64,000 nucleotides of DNA from positions 39,432,001 through 39,496,000 of the forward strand of contig NC_045138.2 in NCBI RefSeq assembly GCF_008831285.2. The letters are read 5' to 3'. The notes under the pieces are model-generated. The model was not told the DNA's origin, ran no database searches, and worked only from the letters and a program-made list of their open reading frames with translations. Source of the stretch: Nymphaea colorata. Its lineage: Eukaryota. This document shows positions 1-11,632 of the stretch, piece after piece. Numbering within the stretch: the first letter of the stretch is position 1; every line of letters starts with the position of its first letter. Made by a program: the position numbers and the translations under genes.

Positions 1-2041
1 ACTCTCCGCGGTTTCACATATGCAATAGTTGCATCCCAGTTGAGCCAGATCCGATTTAGAATTCAAGTTTTTATCGTCTTAAAAATGGTTGAAGCTTGGG
101 TTAGATCTGGTGGGTAGTCGTGGGGATTCAGCCACATCTTTCAGACAAGAAGCTATGAATTTTGATCTTCACACGGGATTTTCACTCTTGATGCAATCTA
201 GCATTGTGCTTTCTAAAACCGAAGAAGTTGAGTCAAGATCAGTTCCATTGCTGCTCGCCAAATTAAAGAAACATCTGGAAACGAAAGAAGAAGAGAAAGG
301 AAATGCTCTAAATTCTAGTGGATTTCTACAACTACTGGTCGCAAATCGGATACTTGCTTAAATATAGAGATTAGAAGAGCTGGTCACCTCTCGGATAGTA
401 AGAGTTCTCAAATATTATAAGAAAGGAGCAACGTATACTAGTTAATGAAACAAAGCAAAAAAGAAAACAAAATGAAACTAAAACATGCGCATAATATTTA
501 ATAAAAAAGAAACATACCTATAACCTTCCGATATACTGTTAAAACACATCTACGTTTTGCATTATTAATAACAAAAAAAAAAAAATCTGTCAGTTAAACT
601 TGGGTGTTATTAGCTTAAGTTGAAGGATATAGAGATAAAATGATTAAAATACCTCTAATAAACAAGATTCCATGTTCATTATAAATGATCACTTTTGTTA
701 ATGTTGATAGAAAGCTGTGTGAAACAAAGAAGATATCTCTCTCTCTCTCCACCTTTTTCCCCCTTCTTCTCATGATGGATGAAGTTTGGCACATAAATTA
801 AGAACGATCCAATTGAAAGCTGACGATTATAAAGAAAAAAGTCGTCTCCTTCGTTTGAATGTTTGTGAAATTGAACGGATGAAGACATAAACCTTTACAG
901 CTTCGGATATAATTACTGTAGATGCATCACATATCTCAACGGGAAAACGCATGCAAGGCAAAAAGCGTACGCACGATTGGTTGCTGCCTATTTCTTGATC
1001 TGAAATCCTTGCACTTTGGAACCCGCCGTTTATGAACGCAGTGTTGAGATGCCAACTTTCTGCTTCAGATCTTTGATCTGCGAATTGAGATCCACAGATC
1101 TCAGGTCCGAAGGGCTCCCTTACTTTTCATATCTTTTAAGAGGAACAATCATACAAAAACCATACCCTCTCAGTGGCCCTGCCTTGTGAATTCATACTTC
1201 TGCTTAGTTAAGAATTTAAAATGCAATCTTTTTGAATCAGATTTCCAACCAAACTGTCAAAAAAAAAAAATCGAATATGAAAAATAATTTAACATACGAT
1301 TAAGAAATGAGGTTGATGAATTTAGATTTTAAAATTACATGCGTGATCAGATCCAGATTTAATTAAACATCCCGTCAGCTTCAGATTTAACTTTTTTTTA
1401 AATAGATAACTTATATTTGGTATCCCATTTGGAAGTTGTTCGGTTTTTAAAATATCATAATGTGGTTTGGATCCAGTTTAAAAGTTAGAGATTGTCATAA
1501 ATCTAAAAATCGGATTCGGATTCAAATTGTGAATTTACATTTAGATTGTTAACCTATATAGGTGAACATCTAATAAACGAGCATGTATATCCGATTTGAA
1601 TCGAATCTATCGAATCCCTTTGCTTACTGAGCCTCACACAAGATGCCATTGTCAAACCAGAAGATAAAACAACAAAGACGAGGAAAAGGACGATCAATTT
1701 GGATCTACGTGCCTCCTTCTGCATCTTCACCAACTGTTTTAACCGAGGTGAACAGTACAACGCTTTGTCATTGTGGGGGCAGTTTGCCAGATCATTTTTT
1801 GCTGGTCGGATGGTTAATAATTTTTAATCTGTCGTACTTACTGTGCTCTCACAGGGCTACGAATTACTGGAAAGAATAGAGAAGGCGAAACTGAAAGCCA
1901 ACAAATACCAGAAGACTGTTGAGATTCAACAAGGTCCAATGAAAGGGAACAACTAGAAATCTGTGAAGACGGAGAAATTAAGATCGACAGAAGATTAACC
2001 AAGAGAAGATGCAGTACGCAACCTCCACATAGCCTGAACTT

Positions 2042-2614
2042 TGGGGATGTCAACCGGTCATTGATGTCTATTACCGACTTGAAATCAGAACTATTTAGTC
2101 AGATCCGGTGATCAAAATAGGATATAAATCCAAATTGGATTTGAAATCTATATATCATTTGGGTTGGAATGTGAACGGATTGGATTTGGAATCACATGTA
2201 TTCTTAACCAATGGGTGTTTGCATATTGAGATTCAAATGCAAATGAAAAAAGTTATATCCCAATCCAAATACGAAATATGATTCCACACTCTGAATGTGA
2301 TCCAAAACATATACTTGAATTCAAGTCTGAATCCGAAACCGAATTTTAAATTGCATCCAACTGACTTTCAAAATCTAAGGGTATTGGGTATAGAATATTT
2401 ATTTAAAACTAAATCCAATCGAAATTTGAATCTGAATCCAACCGATGTTTATGTATATTACAAAATCTGAACCCTAATTCGATTGGATGTCATTTCTTTC
2501 ATCTGAGTCTGAATTATTTCTTAATACGTTGTTAAATTTTAGTCCATACCATTTTTTTTTTTTTCACAATGGTATAACCGGATGTCTGATCCAAATCAGA
2601 TAACCGATATCCCT
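2042..2614. mobile_element. Non-autonomous hAT-like/MITE element rich in ATCCG/CGGAT subterminal motifs (paralog at about 18139-18651)
   Basis: Imperfect TIRs TGGGGATGTC...GATATCCCTA and many GGATTTG/AATCCG repeats. No clean TSD seen. Confidence 0.5.
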
Positions 2615-3320
2615 AGCTTGGGTCATCAAACTTTAAAACCGAGTTGAGGTACATTTAGTCGAATCTCATAGTTGTGGTACATCTGGAAGTGAGTTTTAGA
2701 AATTCAGGTTTGAGTTCAATTCAGGATCTGAATAGATCTAAGTGAACCCTATTGTATAAGTTGAAGCACAAAAAAATCTCATTGATTGTCCCGTATAGAG
2801 GGAGCTCTAGACTCTAAAAGGCGAAAGTGGATGATGAAAGCTTTTTGCTCCTTCTCGAAGCCAAATGAAAGGCCAAAAAGTGAAAGCCTTCCAACAACTA
2901 TAAAAACGGGGAAAGTAAAAAAGGAACCATTTCATTTGTTGATAGGGATTGTGAGTGGTGCACCACTGCCACTGCCACTAGAGACTCGGTGCTCGTTCCC
3001 TCATGCCTGCCAAAAACTAGAGGCGCACACGCTATAGCCAATAACAGCTACGTGGTTGCTCTCGTGTGAAGACAGAGAAGAAGTTAAAGATCGACAGAAG
3101 AAGACCAACAACAAGCCAACAACCAATACGCCATTCACCACCATACAACAACCAAACGATGCTCGAGTCAGATCAATGTGATCGACCAACAATATCTCCA
3201 AATCATCGGCAGAAAGATATAAAAGAAAAAACGAACTCTGCTTCTCGATTTCTCTTATCCACTGTTCTATTTTTTTTTTTTCAATTTTTGCTTTGCTGAA
3301 CCTAGTCTAAGCTCCAAGCT

Positions 3321-3826
3321 CTAGGATCGATCAAGCCGGGCGGAGGGCTTGGTGTTGGCCCACTGGTCGGCGAGCAGAGCCAGGCGCCGAGAAGAGGAGC
3401 CCTCCTCAGCGAGCGCTTGGCTGGCAGCCTCTTTCAGCTCGCCCACTCTCTTCCTCAGCTTCTTCCCGACCTCGCTTTCCATCAGCAGCCTCACCACCCG
3501 CTCGACCTCCCCTCTGTGCACCAGCCCCTTCTCGTAGTCCACGCTCACGCTTATGCCGATCTCATCCGCCAGCATCCGGGCGTTCATTCTCTGCTCCGGG
3601 TACAGCGGCCACCCGATCATGGGCACGCCGTAGACCACGCTCTCCAGGCTCGATTTCCAGCGGCAGTGCGACAGGAACCCGCCGACGGCCTCGTGGCTCA
3701 GCACCTTCACCTGCGGTGGCAGACCAAGAGTTTGGCAAATTCCATGATGGGGATGAGATGGCCCATGCTGGTGCTGGGCATGATGTCGACATGAGGCTTC
3801 TCGCTGTTGTGATTCACCACTTCCAT
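3321..3826 (-). pseudogene. UGT72-like glycosyltransferase pseudogene with a 937-bp internal deletion and frameshift
   Basis: Near-identical to both ends of 20235-21677. Junction at CGG 3714-3716 removes the equivalent of 20631-21567 (1443-937=506 bp). PSPG box also altered: HCRWKS vs HCGWNS, YPEQ vs YAEQ. Confidence 0.95.
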
Positions 3827-4063
3827 GGCTCCTCTGAAATCCTCGGTAGCCTGCGCAGGCAGATTCAGGAAACAAGAAAAAAAGAGATACAGCTGCAGAC
3901 TGTACAGATGAAAAACAAAAGGAAAGAGAAGGTCGACGTTTGGTGGTGAATGATGGTGGAAAGAGAAAGTCGAGAGGGACTATTTATAGACTGCATTTCT
4001 TATCAGGCAGCCACTATAGTGGACAACTCTTCGTCAAACCACCGCAATTCCAACTGCTGGTCG

Positions 4064-4351
4064 TGTTAGTTATAAAGAGATGGGCGGAAATCTTGTACGT
4101 GTTCCTTATCAAATCGTCCACACCAAAAGATTCTTGTTAATCCCTCAAAATTTGTTTCTATTTCAATCTTATAAGTGAAACCTATATAATAGCTGTAAAG
4201 AAAGAATGGAAAATAGAATGAAGAAGAATTTTCCCTTTCTCTCGTGGATGTAGGCTTCAAGCCTAACCACGTAATTACTGTCTTTCTTGTTTTTTCCTCT
4301 TCTTGCAATCTCTGTTTTTCCATTACATACTTCTAAACATGGTATCAGAGC
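4064..4351 (+). mobile_element. Copia LTR (4064-4339, TG...CA) followed by tRNA-iMet PBS (4340-4351)
   Basis: TGTTAG...AAACA then TGGTATCAGAGC. Contains TATA-like CCTATATAA and the CTCGTGGATGTAGGC motif shared with the LTRs at 10727 and 15835. Confidence 0.85.
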
Positions 4352-4743
4352 TCAGTTGTCGGACTAAGCAGAAAATCCATTGTCGGTCCTCTATTCATTC
4401 CAACGAGTGTCTGACTCTGTTCTCAACAGATCACAACGAAAAAGGAGTTTCTTCAAAAAAAAATTTTCCGTGATGGGAAACGGGATCGGCAAGAGAAGAT
4501 GGCGGCGAAGAAGGGTGAGACTGGCATCAATAGTACAGAATCGACATCTCTTAGTGGACACGATGATCTTTTTGGCGTTGCAGAGCGCCTCTGCTCAAAA
4601 AAGGCGAGTCTTGCGCGCAGAAGGAAAAGCAACAAGCAGAAGGGAACAACATTAAGGGTTGAGAGCAAACTTGATTGGGCCGCCCGATTGTTGGAAAACT
4701 CAGAATTCCTTTTGCAGCAGATCCTCACGAAGCATCTCCAAGA

Positions 4744-5083
4744 GCTCTGATACCATTGTTAAGAAGTATGTAATGGAAAAACAAAGATTGCAAGAGGAGA
4801 AAAAAACATGGAAGACAGTAATTACATGGTTTGGCTTGAAGCCTACATCCACGAGAGAAAGGGGAAATTCTTCTTCATTCTATTTTCCACACTCTTTACA
4901 GCATGGGTACACCCCATTATATAGGTTTCACTTATAAGATTGAGATAGAAACAAATTTTAAAGGATTAACAAGAATCTTCAGTTGCTGCCGTTAGAGATG
5001 CTCCTTGATCCCGATGATCTTGGTGTAGACGATTTGATAAGGAACACGTAGAAGATTTCCGCCCCATCTCTTTGTAACTAACA
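4744..5083 (-). mobile_element. Second copy of the same LTR family in inverted orientation (4757-5083) with its PBS (4744-4755)
   Basis: Reverse complement aligns to 4064-4339 with two extra internal segments. GCTCTGATACCA at 4744-4755 is the reverse PBS. Confidence 0.85.
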
Positions 5084-5411
5084 GTAGATCTAATCAAAAT
5101 TAAATTCTTTCTCCATGTGATGCAGTTAAATGATTTTTTTGGTAAGAATTAGTCGCTGCTTGCATTTGTGAAACTCTGTTTTTCTTCTCTTCTCATGGGA
5201 CTGCTATCGGTGGGAGAAAACCAACAAACCTATGGTGTTTCAATCTTGTGGTGTTAGTTTTTTTTCATAATTTTCAGCTGTCGAACAAAAGATCAATAGC
5301 TTTCCAGAGGTGTCTGACGATAATTCCTGTTCATCTTAGATTTTTTTGAGAATCCGGAAAGGAGTAGTCCATTGTTTTTAAATATCGCCTATCATCAAGA
5401 GATTGCCTGCC

Positions 5412-7105
5412 ATGGCAGATACGTCTAGTAACCAATCTAGCGGAAATTCCTGCAGTATGAAAGGAGGACACGATCAGAGCCATGGGACGCTCAAGATCAC
5501 TTCTATTCTCCTCAACGACACCAATTATCTTAGCTGGGCTAAAGCTGCCCGTCTCTTCTTAAACGGGCGATCCAAAGTAGGATATATCAGTGGACGAATC
5601 ACACCTCCAGCAAAGAACGATCCCAACTATGAAGATTGGGAATCTGAGAATGATACGGTAATGGCTTGGCTTATGAATTCTATGGAACCTCACATCTCTA
5701 ATTTATTCCTATACAAGGAAACAGCGAAGGAAATATGGGATACATTGAGAGAGATGTACAACGAGCAAAACAATTTTGCCCGCATTTATCAGCTACAACT
5801 TGACATTGCCAATCTCACCAAAGATGGTAAGCAAACCAGACTCTACTTAAACAAACTTCGTAGCATGTATGATGAACTCGCCCAATACAAACCAGCCACT
5901 GTCGATGCTGAGATCTATCAAAAGCGATTCGAGGAAGACAAAATATTTAAAGTGCTTGCTGGTCTTGGACCTGGCTATGAGAAACTTCTTAGCCAGATTC
6001 TCATGGCCACTCCCTTGCCAAACTATAATCAAGTTTGCCAAGCAATTCAAAAAGAAGACGCCAGAAGGAAAGTTATGAATCCCACATCTAAAACATAAAT
6101 ATATGAAGAAAATCCAAAGAAGATGGCATGTCTAGCTCGATCTGAATCCAAGACATGGAAAGGCGAGACATGGAAAGGCGATTCAAAAAATCAAAGTGGT
6201 GGTGGGAATTTCCAACGAAACCACAGCAAACTAAAATGTTCTCATTGCAGAAAAACGGGTCATCTTCGACAAAGATGCTGAGAACTCGTCGGCAAACCTG
6301 CACAAGACAAGGCGACAACCACTCCTCAAGTTGATCTTGCTCATTTTGTTACAAAAGAGGACTTAGAGAAATTTTTCCAAAAATTCTCAAAAATGAACCT
6401 CGTCACTTCTCAACCGGTTTGAAGGTAACAACCTTGCCCTCCTCACATATTCTAGTAAATCTATGTGGGTTGTTGATACTGGTGCCACCGATCATATGAC
6501 AAATGATCTGACAAGACTGACCACTATTGATCATATGAACAAAAACCTGTCTTCTCAACCAACGGATCACATATTGCAGTTGATGGAACTGGAAAATTTT
6601 CTTTTTTTGAAAACAAATCATCCTCAGTTCTTTATGTACCAAATCTCTCCACTAGTTTGATGTCAGTTAGCAAGTTGACAAAGACTTACAATTGTATAGT
6701 TGTTTTCTCTCCCAAGAATGTGATATTTCAGGATCTGGAAACAAAGAGGGAGATTGGTAGAGGACGGGAACAAAATAAGCTTTATGTGGTGGAGACTCCA
6801 GAGTCAAGCTTCTTAGTACACACCAATAATGAAAAGAAGAGGCACGAATACCAGATGTGGCTCGCAAGACTTGGGCATATTTCAGACAGAAGCTTGAAAA
6901 TACGTGTTCCTAATGTCACCATTAACAAACACTCTTGTGATGCTTGTGAATATTCGAAGTTAAGTAGGCTGTCGTTTCAAACATCCACTGAACGATCTAC
7001 GGATTTTTTTGATTTGGTACATTCAGACGTGTGGGGACCAGCTCCTGTGGAATCCAATACGGGATATAGGTATTATGTGTCTTTCATCGAAGATAAAAGT
7101 AAAGT
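5412..7105 (+). mobile_element. Degenerate, 3'-truncated Ty1/copia gag-protease-integrase(N) remnant
   Basis: ORF pieces give gag (LNDTNYLSWAKA...WLMNSMEP), protease (WVVDTGATDHMT), GAG-pre-integrase and integrase start (CDACEYSK, LVHSDVWGP). Broken by stops and frameshifts; clearly related to the element at 11633-15825; no RT. Confidence 0.92.
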
Positions 7106-7599
7106 GATGCATATAAACGTAAAGTTAGAAATAAAAGTAAAGTTGTTAAGGTTTTCATAAGAAATAAAAGTAAAGTTGTTAAGGTTTTCATTAGAAATAA
7201 AAGTATATACACATGTATGTGCATCTTATCTATATTCCTCTCTTTCTATTCAAACCAATAAAGTTTTTACAATCTTTCATATATGTATATATGTGATAGT
7301 ATATACACATGTATGTGCATCTTATCTATATTCCTCTCTTTCTCTTTTTCTTTTGAAAGTTTCATTTTCCTTCTTTACTTAAATTCAAATCTCATTTTCG
7401 TAAACTTACATATATGTATGTATACGTATATAGATATAGTTGTATATGTATATGTGTATATTTATACGAACGCATATTTTTTTTTCTTTTAAATATTTGA
7501 TTTTGTGATTTTCAATATTTGTTTCTCTCTCTCCTTCTTTATATTTTTATTATAATCAAGTATCTAATCCTTTGCATCCTTTTGGACATTTTTCTTCTC

Positions 7600-8422
7600 C
7601 AAGATTATTTTCATTTACTGACTTCACTAAAACCATAACTCAAGCAATGACCCAATAATGATTCATGCTTGATGGTCTATAACCCCAATCCAATTTCAAA
7701 AACTTTTCTGTCTTTGTAAAAATATTTATGATAACTATAACAGAAATGTATGTTGTAGTAAGAATGCCTTTTAGATGAATATTGTGATAAGAATGCTTAA
7801 TCATATAAGATCAATGCATTCATGCATTATACTCACTTAACATCACTTGTGATAACAAGCACCACTCCAAAGAATTTTAGCAAGATTAGATGAAACTCAA
7901 ACTACGTGGTAACCGAATTAGAGCAATATCTCAAACCAACTTAAAGTCTGAAGAGAACACTAAAATGACTTCAAAATGATTTCCCAAGCTTTTCAAATGA
8001 TATTTACAAAGATTTTCCAAACCTACTTTTTCTCAAAATGTTTCACATTGTCAAGCAATTTTTCAAGATCCTTTTCAAAAGTTTAAATCATCAAATCTTC
8101 AATATTCTTATACACCAGATATGAAAAGGATGTTTAAGCCAAAATGAAATGCATCAATAGTAAACATAACCCTTGGATTGATTACCCTCGATAAAGGTGT
8201 CGGGAACGGTCAATCCTTGTACCAACGAGTGAGTCCTTTAGTTGCTCATTTTCAAAACAAAACTCATTTTTCTGCAACAATTCAAATACTAATATTTTAG
8301 GATTGCGAACACTTAGCTTTTCTCCAAATCCTAGTGGCGGTTAGAGTGAGAGATTTTTTAGGAAAAGGTTTAGATAAAGATGAACTTTATCTCATGAGAA
8401 GTTTTTGAGTTAATCCCGTAAC
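7600..8422. repeat. Possible fragment of a large gypsy-type LTR
   Basis: AT-rich non-coding tract with TTTTCAAA runs and CTAGTGGCG, ending ...CCCGTAACA. Resemblance to LTR ends is by recall only. Confidence 0.25.
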
Positions 8423-10726
8423 AACAAGGCAGTTACAAGAATTACGAATAGGGCTCAATGGCCACCTTTGCCCCTGCACACTGATCACCAGATCCTTAAC
8501 ATGTTTAAATGCATGACGGTTTGAGTTTCTGTGTTTTTGGACCAAGGGCGTGCGTTGAAGCAGCAGCCATGGAGGGGTCTAGTCAAGCTTGACATTCCAC
8601 GCGAATTGTTAGTGTGTCCTTCTCAAAGGCCATTCAATTGTTTTTCGCTTATTTATGTGCCCCATTCACTGCAATGGCCTGCACAACCTGTTTAACAGTT
8701 TAGTCATTAGAACGAAGGTGCTTAAGGAATTCTCTTATAGGCAATATTACACTCGTAAACCTTTGGAGTGACCAAAACTCGTGGGATTATAAATAGTACC
8801 ATTAATTGCGGCTAACCTGGCATAAATAGTACCACCGGCCGGACAATACACGAGTCTTTGAGACTGAAAATATTTTAGTTCAGAGACACGAATCGAACTC
8901 TTCTGACCTAATTTTAAAAGAGATTAGATGGACATGATACAGCATGATGTTTCCCATCGCTGAAATTCTTATAATTAGATCTAGTGATTAAAAATGCAAA
9001 CGAAAACTAAAGAAACGATCGATACCAATAGCATGACGGAAATACTTACTCCCAGTTGATGCTAAATTTTCACTTTTGGGGGCACAAAAAATGTTCCGGA
9101 CATGAATTCCAGGTCCATCAAACGCTCACCCTCGAGTATACAACTTGCTTCATCATTGAACTTGCAACATTCTCCGCACCATGTTTATCTGGTGGGGCGT
9201 GCCAATTCATGACTAATAAAATATTTGGGTTCTGCCGCACTTTTTGATGTATGAATTTCCAGATTCATAATCATCATTGAAACAAATGAAATAATACACC
9301 ACGAGCTGATTCATGAAGCCCCTGAGTCAATATTAGGAACTTAGAATAGTGCCATGCATTAAAAAGTGAAGCTAAAAACAGAGAAATACAGTCATTATAG
9401 ATAGGTTTGACACAAGTTATTTAGTTGATGCATTTATTAAGGACATGATTAGTTTTAGACCCGGCCCTCAAGTTTTTATGTATTTAATAAGGACATGTTA
9501 ATTTACTGTCATAACCAGTTTATTTGATAACTGAAGTGTTGCAAGATCAACTATTTTTTCAACGTCAATAATTCACTTTGTTAAAACTATTGTCATCTTG
9601 TTCAAGCACTTTAGAACGATCATCAAGTTAATCGGATGATTCACATTCTTTTTTTCAAATGCCAATCTGGCGACCCATGTAAAAGTTTCCGATCTTCAAT
9701 ATGAAACAATAGTCGAAAGCAGGATCCATGAATTGGCTCCATCAGAGAACCTTTTCATAATCTCAAATTTCAGAGACCACATTCGAGAAGGTGGCCGCTT
9801 TGTTCGTAGCATGGTGACAAACCCGGGTTTTGTGATGAAGATGTAAAATGATTAACTATGAACTCAACTTGGGTACGCAACTTTCAATCTACACCCAAAC
9901 TTCAACCCGGTCGAACTTAAATTTAACAGCATGGACAAGACAATTAGATGCTGGTCGAGTTTCAGTTTGAGTTTGAGGTTGGGTTTCAAATTTAATCCTT
10001 CGTCCACTTTGACCTGAATATTCAAAACTCAATTAAGTCAGACTTGGTAATGCATGCCTCGACCAGACCCGGATCAGATTGGAACCAAAACCCTGCTGCT
10101 CTTAGGCTAAAATAGAGCGCTGAAGAAGGAGAAAAATATTGGTATACTGGTCATATGATTCAGACCTTCGAGAGGGGAAAAAAATCCCAAGCGACTCCTG
10201 TAGGCAAGTATCCATTGCGATTCCGCGTGCAGTTCATATCTGGGCAGTGTAAGGAAGGTCTTACTAAATTGAAGCTGACCACAATCCACATTTTAACATG
10301 TCTTTTTTTTACGAGTGAGCGAAAGGAAAGAAGTATTTCATCCTACTGCCTATAATCCTACCACCCAAATGAAGCACTGGTGGACATAGGATTTTTCTAT
10401 GAGGGTATCAAATTATAGTTTCAAAAGTTCAACTGAGACCAAAATATAATTTTTTAAAGATTTTATATAAGATAAATAAAAACTTTTAAAATTTACATGC
10501 AATTTTTCTTTTTTAATTTTGAAAGAGAAGGCGACCATGGCCATGGCCCATGCATGTCTCCTTGGCTCCATCCTTGCTCCAAGGTATAAAGTATTTTTTT
10601 GGTGCTTCGGAGTGCTGACATGCTTTAACTTGCATGTTGGTGACCTCTGGTTTGCGGCATATGTAGTGTCAGTGTCGTCAATTTTAAAAGCAATCCACAT
10701 TTATATAGTTATAGTTCAGTGGGGCT

Positions 10727-11066
10727 TGTTGGATCTTCCTATCAAGGAGAAGAGGAGATCACGTTAATCAATTACGACATTCTTGGAAAGAGATGAGGAG
10801 ATTGCGTCGATCCTGGACAGAGATTTTTGGAGATATCTCTTTCAAGCTTTTCTGGTTTATCCCTAACGTTTCTCTCCCTCTCATCTTTAGCCGATTGTAA
10901 ATTGCTGCTATAAATATCTCCCTTGTATCTCTGATTGTTTAAAGTTCTGAATAAACAAGAGCTCCTCTCTTCTCTCGTGGATGTAGGCTAACATGCCGAA
11001 CCACGTATTTTTCTGTGTGCTGTGATTGATTATGAATGTGGTGTAACAATCACAAAGTTTTCATCA
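10727..11066 (+). repeat. 5' LTR of the copia element
   Basis: Direct repeat of 15835-16174, immediately followed by the PBS. TATA-like CTATAAAT inside. Confidence 0.97.
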
Positions 11067-11632
11067 TGGTATCAGAGCTCATCTGAAAAGGGGATTCCGG
11101 TGATTTCCTGCAATTCTGGCCACCTGAGTTCTTTCCAGTGACCGAACGTGATCTTATCAGAATCACCCATCCCTGTAATGCTCATATGAGCAATTGGAGT
11201 TGAATCTGAGCATAATCGTGCAAAAATTGAGGACGATTGTGTTGCTGCCAGAAAACAGGGGAAGATCCGGCGCGAGTCTGCCGCTGCAGCGTTGTTCAAA
11301 GTGGGAATTATTGCGCAACGTCTGTTCACGAAGTTGAGAAGCTATCTGTAAGGAGCGTCTGATTATCCAAGTTCTGCTGGTCTTCAGGAAGCTGTCCTGT
11401 GACTCTGTTCACAGGGACTGAATCTTCTAGTTTCCTTTCCTGGTGATTAGAAGGATCTTGACGACCTTCCTGCTCCTCACAACGCTCGCCAGATCGACTA
11501 GTCAATTCCTCAGTGAAAGGCGTCGTATAGGCAAGCTTCAGATTAAAAATCTGATTTTGTGGCAGCCAGCGATAGTTCAGACTTGAATCACATCATACGC
11601 ATTACATTTCTTCTCAAATTGTTTTTCCTACC

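Larger units (their letters stand above)
1..4063. repeat. Segmental duplication, copy 1 (runs off the left edge); paralogous to 16413-22003
   Basis: Colinear high similarity from ACTCTCCGCGG (1 and 16413) to ...CCAAC.G.TGGTCG (ends 4063 and 22003), apart from several indels. Homology stops exactly at the LTR that starts at 4064. Confidence 0.95.

Noticed and set aside
89..361. Short ORF also seen at 16566-16820
   Set aside because: The copies differ by indels that change the C-terminus and show no recognisable domain; recurrence is due to the segmental duplication.
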